DNA of 64,000 nt, taken from NCBI GenBank assembly GCA_965247095.1, contig OZ251997.1, forward strand, positions 896,001-960,000, written 5' to 3'. Origin of the DNA: Candidatus Multivorans sp. (GTDB lineage: Bacteria > Acidobacteriota > Thermoanaerobaculia > Multivoradales > Multivoraceae). Below are positions 1-11,690 of this stretch, piece after piece (the first letter of the stretch is position 1; each line of letters starts with the position of its first letter). The notes beneath the pieces were generated by a model, which saw nothing but the letters and a program-made list of their open reading frames with translations, did no database searches and had not been told where the DNA came from. The translations under genes were made by a program, and so were the position numbers.

Positions 1-254
1 AGATCCCGTCGATCCAGTACTGGAACATGACCGGACGCGCCGATACGTCGGAGCGCGGCGGGGATTCCGCCCAGGCCCACTTCCGAGGCATCTTCGACGA
101 GAATGGCCGGCTCCTGGTCGCGATGACCCACAACACGGACATCGCCGACGGCTGGGAGCGGGAGGGCGAGTCCCGCGAGTTCTTCGAGCGCTTTTCGCTG
201 ACCAAGTCGTACCCGTTCGGCGTCAACCTGGTGCTGTACGCGCTGGCGCACTGA
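1..254 (+). CDS. DUF4159 domain protein, 3' part (5' truncated by window edge)
   Basis: RGIFDENGRLLVAMTHNTDIADGWE...GVNLVLYALAH closely parallels the C-termini of the DUF4159 paralogs at 51282 and 58290. Confidence 0.85.
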   Translation, partial: IPSIQYWNMTGRADTSERGGDSAQAHFRGIFDENGRLLVAMTHNTDIADGWEREGESREFFERFSLTKSYPFGVNLVLYALAH

Positions 255-264
255 GGACGGTCAC

Positions 265-1317
265 ATGGCTCGTGCGACGCTTCGTCCCCGGTTCTTGGCG
301 GCCTATGCAGGAGTGGCTGCGACGGTTGCGCTCGCCGCTCCCGCCGCGGCGCAACCGGATTCCTCAGAGTCCCAGGCTACGGTCGAACACGTCTCCGGCA
401 CGGTCTACGTGCTGACCGGCGCGGGCGCCAACATCGGCGTCTCGGCAGGAAACGATGGCATCCTGCTCGTAGACCGCGGGTTCGCTCCTTGGGCTGAACA
501 GGCCCGCGCGGCGCTCAAGGCGATCGCACCGGGAGACCCCAAGTTCATCGTGAACACACACTTCCACCGCACAGGCGGGAACGCGATCTTCGGCAAGGAG
601 GCGCGGATCGTGGCGCACACGAACGTGCGTGACCGTATGACCGGCAAACGCAAGCCCGGCAAGCGCAGGGTTGAAGCTTTTGTCAGCCATCTCCCACACG
701 TAGACCGCCACTACCTGGACTTCGAGTTCGTGGACCGCGGCACTCCGGGCACCAATAGCGGCGACTGGGTCTATGAGCCAGTGGCCGTGCCGCGGCTTCG
801 CAGACGGCGGCCTGCATGGGTGAGCACGGGTACACGCTCGGAGGAGGCCATGCCGGTCATGACCTTCGACGACGGCATGTCGATCCACTTCAACGGCGAA
901 GAGATCTTGATCGGCCACCTTACCGCCGGGCACACGGACGGCGACAGCTTCGTCTTTTTCACCGGTTCGAACGTGGTCCATGTTGGCTACCAGTTCCAGC
1001 CCGGCCGCTTTCCATACATCGACATTGCGTACGGCGGCAACGCGGTCGGGCTCAGAGACAGCATTGGGTGGATGCTCGAGTACTTCCCGGCCGATGCGAA
1101 GGTGATCCCCAGCTCTGGCCCGCTGTCTTCGGTCGACGATCTGAAGACATACCATCGGATGCTCACGGAGTGTGTGGCCGTGGTGAAAGCGGCCAAGGAT
1201 GCCGGGAAGCGGCTGAAGAAAATCCGTGCCGCCGGACTGCCGGACGAGTGGAGCGGCTGGGCTTTCACCGGCATCAGCGAGTCGGTCTTCATTGGTTTCA
1301 TCTACGACAGCCTGTAG
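265..1317 (+). CDS. Exported MBL-fold (cyclase-like) protein with degenerate metal site and ~50 aa insert
   Basis: Signal peptide; colinear with the downstream paralog, but NTHFHRTGGN replaces NTHFHGDHTGGN, HVGY replaces HLGD and PSSG replaces PGHG. Confidence 0.8.
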   Translation: MARATLRPRFLAAYAGVAATVALAAPAAAQPDSSESQATVEHVSGTVYVLTGAGANIGVSAGNDGILLVDRGFAPWAEQARAALKAIAPGDPKFIVNTHFHRTGGNAIFGKEARIVAHTNVRDRMTGKRKPGKRRVEAFVSHLPHVDRHYLDFEFVDRGTPGTNSGDWVYEPVAVPRLRRRRPAWVSTGTRSEEAMPVMTFDDGMSIHFNGEEILIGHLTAGHTDGDSFVFFTGSNVVHVGYQFQPGRFPYIDIAYGGNAVGLRDSIGWMLEYFPADAKVIPSSGPLSSVDDLKTYHRMLTECVAVVKAAKDAGKRLKKIRAAGLPDEWSGWAFTGISESVFIGFIYDSL

Positions 1318-1429
1318 GACGACCGGGAGCGGACCTTCCCGCTGACGGTCACCGACTGCTATAGGGTCCGGCGACGCGCCCGGTGATGTTGCCGGGCGCC
1401 GCCTCACGACTCCCAACGAGGACAGATAC

Positions 1430-2332
1430 ATGACCCGCCTGACGATTCGTTCCCGTTGCCTGGCGCTTCCCGCCGCCGTGGCCGCGTCCACGCTCCTCGC
1501 CGCGCCCACCGCGGCGCAGCAGGACTTCTCGGCCGTCGAGGTCACCGCCCAGCATGTCGCGGGCTCGGTCCACATGCTGACCGGCGCGGGCGGCAACATC
1601 GGCGTCTCGGCCGGCGAGGACGGCATCCTGATCATCGACGATCAGTTCGGCCCCCTGGCCGACAAGATCCGGGCTGCGATTGCGGGGATCTCGGCGGGCG
1701 ACCTGGAGTTCGTGGTGAACACGCACTTCCACGGCGACCACACCGGCGGCAATATCGTGTTCGGCGAAGAGGCGCTGATCGTGGCGCACACGAACGTGCG
1801 CAAGCGCCTGGCGGAGGGCGCCGGCGCGCGCGGCCAGTCGGTGGCGCCGGCGCCGAAGGTGGCGCTGCCGGTCGTTACCTACGACATCGGCGTGTCGATC
1901 CACTTCAACGACGAGCAGATCATGATCGGCCATCTGGCCGGAGGGCACACGGACGGGGACAGCTTCGTCTACTTCATGGACTCGAACGTGATCCATCTGG
2001 GGGATCAGTTCTTCGCGGGACGTTTCCCGTTCGTCGACGTTGCGAGCGGCGGCAACGCGGTGGGGCTGCGGGACAGCATCGGCAACGTGCTCGACCGTTT
2101 GCCGGAGGACGCGAAGGTGATCCCGGGCCACGGTCTGCTGTCCTCGGTCGACGATCTGAAGACGTACCACCGGATGCTCGAGGAGTCCGTCGCCACGGTG
2201 AAGGCGGCGAAGGACGCCGGCAAGTCGGTGGAGGAGATCCAGGCCGCCGGCCTCTCCGACGAATGGGAGGGCTGGGGTTCCGGCTTCATCAACGAGTCGG
2301 TGTTCATCGGTTTCATCTTCGAGAGCCTGTAG
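1430..2332 (+). CDS. Exported MBL-fold metallo-hydrolase (cyclase/glyoxalase II-like)
   Basis: Signal peptide, HFHGDH, GHTDGD, HLGD and PGHG motifs; RBS GAGGA. Confidence 0.92.
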   Translation: MTRLTIRSRCLALPAAVAASTLLAAPTAAQQDFSAVEVTAQHVAGSVHMLTGAGGNIGVSAGEDGILIIDDQFGPLADKIRAAIAGISAGDLEFVVNTHFHGDHTGGNIVFGEEALIVAHTNVRKRLAEGAGARGQSVAPAPKVALPVVTYDIGVSIHFNDEQIMIGHLAGGHTDGDSFVYFMDSNVIHLGDQFFAGRFPFVDVASGGNAVGLRDSIGNVLDRLPEDAKVIPGHGLLSSVDDLKTYHRMLEESVATVKAAKDAGKSVEEIQAAGLSDEWEGWGSGFINESVFIGFIFESL

Positions 2333-2341
2333 GGGCGCGTC

Positions 2342-3651
2342 ATGGAAGCCAGTGTTCTGCTGCTCGCCACGATTCTGGCGGCGGCGCCTCCGGCCTCGGA
2401 TCCCGTCCCGGATGTCGAAGGTGGCTGGCCGGCTTGGCGGGGGCCGAACCGCAACGGGTCGGCGCCGGCCGGAAACCCGCCGATCAAGTGGTCCGAAGAC
2501 AGCAACGTGCGCTGGAAGAAGGCCGTGCCGGGCCTCGGCCTGTCGTCGCCGATCGTCTGGGGCGATCGGCTCTTCCTGACCACGGCCGTCAGCACCGGCG
2601 AACGGGTCGAGAACGCCCCGCCGGAGGGGCGGGGAGACGGCATCGCTCCGGACCAGGTACTGAGCTACGAGGTCCACGCGCTGAACCGGAAGGACGGCTC
2701 GACGGTATGGAAGCGATCCGTGCTCACGGAGGCGCCGCACGAGGGGACACATCCCGACGGCACCTGGGCCTCCGGGTCGCCGGTCACCGACGGCGAGGTG
2801 CTGATCGTCTTCTTCGGTTCTCGCGGTCTCTACGCCTTCGACCTGGACGGCCGGGAACTCTGGCGCCGCGACTTCGGCGACATGAGGACGCGCCTCGGCT
2901 TCGGCGAGGGGAGTTCCCCGGCGCTCTATCGCGACCGGGTTCTGGTCATCTGGGACCACGAGGGCGACTCGTTCATCACCGCCCTCGACAAGAAGTCGGG
3001 CGAGGAGATCTGGCGGCGGGACCGCGATGAGATCACGTCGTGGACGACGCCCCTGGTGGTCGAGCACGGCGGCCGGACGCAAGTCATCACCAGCGCGACG
3101 AGCCGGGTCCGCTCCTACGATGCCGAGACCGGCGAACCGATCTGGCAAGCGACGGGAATGACCCTGAACGCGATCCCCTCACCGGTGTACGCCGACGGCG
3201 TCGTCTACCTGACCAGCGGCTTCCGCGGCAGCAAACTGCTGGCAGTGCGCCTGGACGGGGCCTCCGGCGACGTGACGGGCACCGATCAGGTGGTGTGGTC
3301 CGTCGACCGGGACACGCCCTACGTGCCCTCGCCCCTGCTGCACGACGGCGTCATCTACGTCACGAAGGTGAACCGGGGCATTCTCTCGGCCTATGATGCC
3401 AGGACCGGGGAGGCCCTCTACGCCAACCAGCGCCTGGGGGCTGTGCGCAACGTCTACGCCTCACCGGTGGCGGTCGGCGACCGGGTCTACTTCGCCAGCC
3501 GCGACGGGGAGTTCCTGGTGGCCAAGGCTGGGCCTGTGTTCGAGGTCCTCGCCGAGAGCGAGCTGGACGACCGCTTCGACGCTTCGCCGGCGATCGTCGG
3601 CGACGAGATCTACCTGCGCGGCCGCAGCAACCTGTACTGCATCGCGGCGCC

Positions 3652-3655
<4 letters not shown>
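2342..3655 (+). CDS. PQQ-binding-like beta-propeller protein
   Basis: WPAWRGP N-terminus, repeated SSP/SP-x(n)-G-x-W blades, C-terminal [14 protein letters not shown]...LYCI. Confidence 0.9.
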
Positions 3656-6132
<2,477 letters not shown>

Positions 6133-6174
6133 AACGCTGAGGATAGCGCCGCGCTCGTTGCTACCCTCGCCCGG
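6133..6174. promoter_or_regulatory. Back-to-back divergent leaderless -10 promoters
   Basis: TATCCT 7 nt before GTG 6132 (minus strand) and TGcTACCCT 7 nt before ATG 6175 (plus strand). Confidence 0.55.
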
Positions 6175-6309
6175 ATGGCGGAACTGTCGCCCCCGCCCGC
6201 GGGTCGGAAGCTGATTCTGGAACTGCGGCGCGAGTTGGCGGAGGCCGGCGACTCCTTCCGCGCGCAGGGCCAGCAGGCGTACATGCGGTCGGAGATGCCC
6301 TTCTGGTGA
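6175..6309 (+). pseudogene. alkD: N-terminal fragment (44 aa) of a DNA alkylation repair (AlkD-like) protein
   Basis: [24 protein letters not shown] matches the AlkD-family N-terminal pattern, then TGA; extended -10 TGcTACCCT 7 nt before the ATG. Confidence 0.6.
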
Positions 6310-6376
6310 AGCGCTGAAGAATATCGGCGGCGGCGGCCTCACTTAGGAAGCAGGGCTTCCGTCGGGACCGGGACCC

Positions 6377-6913
6377 TCAGGTCTCCAGAGCCTCGGCATC
6401 CTTGAAAGGCTGTTCCTCACCAGCGTCGGGTTCCATTCCCGGCAGCGCTTTCGCGAGCGCTATCGGCAGCGATGTCGTGCGCTTGACTTCGTTGAGCACG
6501 ATGCTGGTCAGCAGTCGATCGACGGACGAGCACGTCAGGTCCTTCAGGAGCCGCTCCAGATCCTGGTAGTCGCGGACCACCACCTTGAGCAGGTAGTCCT
6601 GTTGGCCGGTCAGGAAATGGCACTCCATGACCTCGTCCAGAGCCTGAATCACTTCCTTGAACTCCCGGTCGGCGTCCTGCCGATGGTGAACCAGTGAGAC
6701 CTGCACGAAGCACTGAAGGGCCAAGCCAAGGGAGTTCCTGTCCACAAGCGCCACCTTCCTTTCGATGATTCCCTCGCGCTCAAGCCTCAGGCGGCGCTTC
6801 TTCAGGCCCGAAGTGGAGAGATCGACTCTGCGGGCCAGTTCGGCGTCGCTCCGACTGCCGTCCTCCTGCAGGAGTTCGAGAATCGTGTAGTCCTTGTCGT
6901 CTAGAAGCCGCAT
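6377..6913 (-). CDS. Lrp/AsnC family transcriptional regulator
   Basis: LDDKDYTILELLQEDG..SDAELARRVDLS HTH; ECHFLTGQQDYLLKV; RBS GGAGG. Confidence 0.92.
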   Translation of the reverse strand: MRLLDDKDYTILELLQEDGSRSDAELARRVDLSTSGLKKRRLRLEREGIIERKVALVDRNSLGLALQCFVQVSLVHHRQDADREFKEVIQALDEVMECHFLTGQQDYLLKVVVRDYQDLERLLKDLTCSSVDRLLTSIVLNEVKRTTSLPIALAKALPGMEPDAGEEQPFKDAEALET

Positions 6914-7269
6914 GCCTCCCCTTTTCTGGTCGCGAGCTCGGTGATCGGGCGCCGCCTTGCAGCGGGAGTTTAGGACAAGCGCATAGCGCCGAATCACTTG
7001 GGCCGAATCCTTGACCCAGGCGGCCCATCAAAGTGGGCGGCCCCAAACGAGAGCGGCCAAATGACTCTAATATCTCTAGTTTGAGGTGATACGGTCCTCC
7101 AAAGCATGGATTGGAGGTCCAAAAATGTGCTGTTGGTTGATAGGGCGGTCCCGTTGTGTCTCTGCCCGCGTTTCTGGGGCGGCACGGCCTGACCCCCTGA
7201 TTTCACCGGGGGACGGTGGTGTGCCGCTGTCCCCTTCTCCCAACCCCCCAAGAAGGAGGACTAGCTGAA

Positions 7270-7866
7270 ATGGTCAAGACGCAGCGAAGAGGCCTATGGT
7301 CCACTCCAGCCTTGGTGCTGGTGGCGAGTTGGCCGCTCATGGCCCAAGAGGAAGAGGGTGTCGCGTCGACTGTGCGGGCAGCCGAGAGCTTGAGCACCCG
7401 CGAGGCGGCTGTCGCCGTCACTGTAGACGAATCCCAGAGGGTCTCATATCGGCAGGGCGCTCAAGTCGTCAACATGGCGCGTGTGACGGATCGGGCCCTG
7501 TTAGAAGGAAAGCAGGGCTACCAGGTCGTTCGGGTGGACCCGGACAGAACCCCGCGGGTGGTGGCTCAAGCGGCTCGTACAGAAGGCGAAATCCCCATCT
7601 TCGTCACCGATACCGGTGAGCTGCAGGCGCCGGTCGGCGGCGTCATTCTGATTCTGTCGGAGTCGTGGGGTCTTGGCGAAGTCGAAGCGTTCCTCGTCGA
7701 GCACGGACTCGACGAGTCGACTACACCGGTGCAATGGCGCAAGAACGGGTATGTCGTGAGCACGGTGCCCGGAACGTTCGCTGTCGAACTGGCCAACCGA
7801 TTGGCGGGTTTGGCCGGCGTCGATCTGGCGGTGCCGAACTTCTGGAGAGAGACGGTGCCACGATGA
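7270..7866 (+). CDS. Secreted protein resembling a free-standing subtilase propeptide/external chaperone
   Basis: Signal peptide; C-terminal GGVILIL..EVEAFLVEHGL..AVELANRLAGLAGVDLAVPNFW resembles S8 pro-domains; ATGA-coupled to the next gene. Confidence 0.55.
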   Translation: MVKTQRRGLWSTPALVLVASWPLMAQEEEGVASTVRAAESLSTREAAVAVTVDESQRVSYRQGAQVVNMARVTDRALLEGKQGYQVVRVDPDRTPRVVAQAARTEGEIPIFVTDTGELQAPVGGVILILSESWGLGEVEAFLVEHGLDESTTPVQWRKNGYVVSTVPGTFAVELANRLAGLAGVDLAVPNFWRETVPR

Positions 7867-8202
7867 AGCGGCTTCCGGCCATCGCAGCTCTCTTCCTCTT
7901 GCCCGGCGTCGCTTTCGGGCAGGTTACCGCCCCCAGCGGCGCCGTCACCGCGGGTGACCAGACGCTCACGGTCGCGTGGGATGAGCCAAGCGGCGCCACG
8001 ATCGGTTCGGCATACGATCTCTGGTACATCCTGTCGTCGGAACTGTCCGGCAGCCGGGGTGTCTCGCGTGGCGATCTCGGCCCTGGCGCCGGTTTTCGCG
8101 ACCAACCGGCCATGCCGGTCTGGACCCAACTGTCGGACGTTGCTTCCGGCAAGGGTGACCACTACGTCATCCTGCCCCGGAGTCTCACGAACGGTTCGGC
8201 CT
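7863..8202 (+). pseudogene. 5' part of an IS-disrupted secreted surface protein (signal peptide + fibronectin type III-like domain)
   Basis: MKRLPAIAALFLLPGVAFGQ signal; TAGDQTLTVAWDEP..YDLWY..LTNG Fn3 pattern; cut off by the IS left end. Confidence 0.7.
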
Positions 8203-9478
8203 CAGTGCTGTCCCACAAACGGGGAGGAAGGATGGGTCTGAACCGTGCCTTGTCGTATGATTGGTGTTCAAGCAAAGCCAATGACGGCAAGGAGATCCAG
8301 ACCCATGGCGCACAATAGTACCGTACTTGGCCAGTTCCTCAAGCTGGTGTCGAGACATGAGTTCGAGCGGGAGGCCCGGCGGCATCACAGGGGACGCAAG
8401 CTGCGCTCGATGAGCCGCTGGGGCCAGTTCGTAGCGATGGCGATGGCGCAGCTTTCCGGGCGGCGCAGTCTGCGAGACATCGTGTCGAACCTGGATGCGC
8501 AGGCTCACAAGCTGTACCATCTCGGCGTTGGCCGGGTAGCCCGATCTTCGCTGGCGCGGGTGAACAGAGAGCAGCCTCACGAACTGTACGAGGCGCTGTT
8601 CGGTCGCCTTCTGAGCCGTTGTCAGGCGGCGTCGCCGGGGCATGGGTTCCGTTTCCGGAACAAGCTGTTGTCGCTCGACGCCACATACGTGGACCTGTGC
8701 CTGAAGGTGTTTCCCTGGGCGCGGTACCGCAAGACCAAGGGGGCGTTGAAGCTGCACGTGGGTCTCGACCACGAGGGCTGTCTGCCGTCGTTCCTGCACG
8801 TCACCGACGGCAAGGGCTCGGACCTCGAGGTGGCCCGGTCGCTTCGTCTTCCGAAGGGGAGCATCGTGGCGGCGGACCGTCTGTACCTCGACTTCGGATG
8901 GCTAAAGGACCTTGATGCACAAGGGGTTTTCCTGGTCACCCGCCTGAAGCGCAAGGTCAAGTACGCGGTTCGGGAGCGGCGCTCGTTCGCTCGCGGCCGG
9001 GGCGTGACGTCGGACCAGACCATCGAGCTGACCAGCGTCAAGGGGCGCAAGCGGTGCCCGATTCCGTTGCGTCGGGTCGGCTATCGCGACCCGGAGACGG
9101 GCCGGCACTACAAGTTCCTGACCAACAACTTCAGCCTCGCCCCGAAGACCATCGCGGACATCTACAAGGCGCGCTGGCAGGTCGAGCTCTTCTTCAAGTG
9201 GATCAAACAGAACCTGCGCATCAAGAGTTTCGTCGGCGCCTCGCCCAACGCGGTCATGACGCAGATCTGGATCGCCGTGTGCGTCCATCTCCTGCTCGCC
9301 TACCTGAAGTTCGTCAACAAGATGTCCTGGAGCATGAGCCGGATCCTGCGCCTTCTGCAACTCAACCTGTTCGACCGAAGATCGCTGCTGGACCTCTTCG
9401 AACCTCCGAGCGGACCACCCGACCCGAACAACACGCGAACTCAACTCGCTCTACTCTGAAGTTTGTGGGACAGCAATG
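8203..9478 (+). mobile_element. IS4-family insertion sequence (~1276 bp)
   Basis: 18-bp terminal inverted repeats CAGTGCTGTCCCACAAAC (8203-8220) and GTTTGTGGGACAGCAATG (9461-9478), 17/18 match; no flanking direct repeat visible. Confidence 0.92.
8305..9459 (+). CDS. IS4-family DDE transposase (DUF4372 + DDE_Tnp_1)
   Basis: LDAT, ADRLY and IYKARWQVELFFKWIKQ (Y-R-E-K signature) motifs. Confidence 0.95.
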   Translation: MAHNSTVLGQFLKLVSRHEFEREARRHHRGRKLRSMSRWGQFVAMAMAQLSGRRSLRDIVSNLDAQAHKLYHLGVGRVARSSLARVNREQPHELYEALFGRLLSRCQAASPGHGFRFRNKLLSLDATYVDLCLKVFPWARYRKTKGALKLHVGLDHEGCLPSFLHVTDGKGSDLEVARSLRLPKGSIVAADRLYLDFGWLKDLDAQGVFLVTRLKRKVKYAVRERRSFARGRGVTSDQTIELTSVKGRKRCPIPLRRVGYRDPETGRHYKFLTNNFSLAPKTIADIYKARWQVELFFKWIKQNLRIKSFVGASPNAVMTQIWIAVCVHLLLAYLKFVNKMSWSMSRILRLLQLNLFDRRSLLDLFEPPSGPPDPNNTRTQLALL

Positions 9479-11540
9479 GTCGTCGACGGGCGCCAGCCCC
9501 AACGTTCCGCTACTCAGTTCGTACAAGCGAGACGAGCTGGCGATCGCGAACAGCGGCATCGGTTTCATCGAGTATGTCGAGTTCATCTTCGACATCGAGA
9601 CCAGGGAGCACGGGCCTTTTCAGCTTTGGGTCGGCGGTCCTGAGAACGTGGCGGGCGAGGCCAGCGACGACTGGGTCGAAATCCTCAACCCGCACGTCTA
9701 CTCTTCCGGCGGTATCGACGGAGAGTATCTGGTCGCCACGAATCAGTTTGTCGGGAAGTCTGCAGACGGCACGTGGAAACTGGCCGTCAGGAACAACAGT
9801 TTTCACGCTGTCAAGCTGCACTCGTGGGCGGTGCGCATCTACGGGCACGACTCGGACGGCAACCGCGTCGTGGCTACGCACAACGGCACCGAATTGGTCG
9901 ACTACGTGACGCCGACGCCGTGCTCAAGGGCTGGCGTCGCCGTCAGGCGACTCACTCTGGACCCGATCTCCGCGACGGTTGCAGAAAACACCGCGTGGAG
10001 GTCGGATGCACCGACGCTCGGTGGAGTCACGAACGTGGCAGTGACCTGGACGTTGTCGGGCAACGATGCGGATCTCTTCACCGTCGCGGCCGACACTGGA
10101 GTCGTGACTCTTCCAGCTCAAGACTTCGAGAATCCGGCGGATGCCGACGCGGACAACGTCTACGAGGGGTCCTTGACGGCTACCGACGAAGACTCCCGGA
10201 CCGGATCCGCTTCGGTCGAAATCACGGTGACGGATGACGAGACCGACCTCGAACTCGAGGCGATCAGCGGCACGGTCGCCGAGAACGCTGTGTGGACCTC
10301 TCCGACTCCGACCGTCACCGGTGCGAGTACCGGTCCGCTGACCTGGACGTTGGGCGGCGACGACGCGGCGTACTTCACCGTCGCTGCGAGTACGGGGGTC
10401 CTGACGCTGTCGGCCCGGGACTTCGAGGCGCCGCTCGACGCGAACGCGGACAACGTCTACGAAGCGACATTGACGGTCACCGACGGGGCTGGAGCAGCGG
10501 CGTCGGCCGCAGTGGCCGTGACTGTAACGGACGACGCGAATGAGCCGACCACAACGCTCTCGCTCCAGAACGGCCGCTTCGAGGCTCAGGTCTCGTGGAA
10601 GACGGATGTCGGCGATGCGCCAAGTCGGGCCTTCGTCGAAGTCAGTCGCCAAGGCTCGGGCATCTTCTCCTTCCGGCAGATCGGAGACTGGTCGCTGTTG
10701 CTCAGCGTTCAGGACGGCTGTGACTTCACGGGAGGCATCTGGGTGATCGCGTCCGATGTGCCGTCGCAGCCGACCGCTTCGGACTACGACCTGAGCCTGC
10801 GGAGCAGGTTCCAAGACCGTCTTCTGAACAAGGCCGAGTACCCGCTGTGGACGGTCACTGTCCGTGACACGGAAACGGGCAACACGGTCGAACTGACCAA
10901 CCACCCCGAGGACGTGTTCAATCCCTATGCTCGTCGGTCAGCCGTACCCGTCCGTATCACTGCGACTCGTCGGGCCTTCCCCGATGTGTGTACGACGTCG
11001 AGTGGCGCGTCGTCCTCTCTGCCGGTGAAGGTTCCGACGCATCTTGGCCGCGGGCCGGCGCCCGTTGCGCAAGCCGCGGTGGCCGACGCTTCCGCTTCAA
11101 CCAGTTGCGGCCTGGAGGGGAGGTCCGCCTGCCTTCACAACAAGTTCGATGTGCTCGTGGACTGGAGGTCGTGGGACAGCGCCTCCAATCGCGAACCCAC
11201 GACTCTGGTCGAAGCGAACGGCTCGGCAGCGGCGTTTTCGTTCCACCACCCCGAGGTCATCGACGCCGTCGTCAAGATCTCGGAGCAGTGCGCGAACGTG
11301 AACGCACCGCTGGACGATCGCCGGGGCTACTTCGTCAGCGTTGGCTCCACCGTGATCCACGACGGCCTGCAGGCCCGCGTCGTGGATACTCGTATTTCCG
11401 GCAATGCAGGGTTCCTGCGCTGGTGGGATCTCATGGGCACCCCCTTCGACCCGAGCAGGATCCGGGTCGGAAGGGGAGATGTGTTCGAGCGCCCGATGCA
11501 CGCGAACGAAGCCAAGAACCGGATCGCCTGCATCAGGTAG
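9479..11540 (+). pseudogene. 3' part of the IS-disrupted surface protein: proprotein convertase P-like domain, two cadherin-like repeats, two Cys-containing C-terminal domains
   Basis: IEYVEF..ADGTWKLAV..LHSWAVRIYGH (P-domain); VAEN..DFENPADADADNVYE twice; no own start or signal peptide. Confidence 0.75.
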
Positions 11541-11556
11541 TTCGGTCCTGCAACGT

Positions 11557-11586
11557 CGGGAGGGCGGTGCTGCTGCCGCCCTCCCG
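11557..11586 (+). terminator. GC-rich hairpin, probable terminator
   Basis: CGGGAGGGCGG / CCGCCCTCCCG 11-bp stem just after the stop at 11540; no U-tract. Confidence 0.5.
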
Positions 11587-11690
11587 TCACCTTCCATCAC
11601 GCCGCAGTCCGGCAGGGCGATCGCATCGCGGAGACCGGCTGGCTTCGTCTCCAGGAAGGTGAGTCGCCCCGTGCTGCTACATTCCGAGCG

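Noticed and set aside
9054-9478. N-terminal part of the 828-aa ORF as a real transposase-adhesin fusion
   Set aside because: It is an alternate frame inside the IS that happens to run into the disrupted gene.
9960-10540. Repeated DNA segments as a possible CRISPR or DGR template
   Set aside because: They are in-frame cadherin-like protein repeats; there are no spacers, cas genes or reverse transcriptase.
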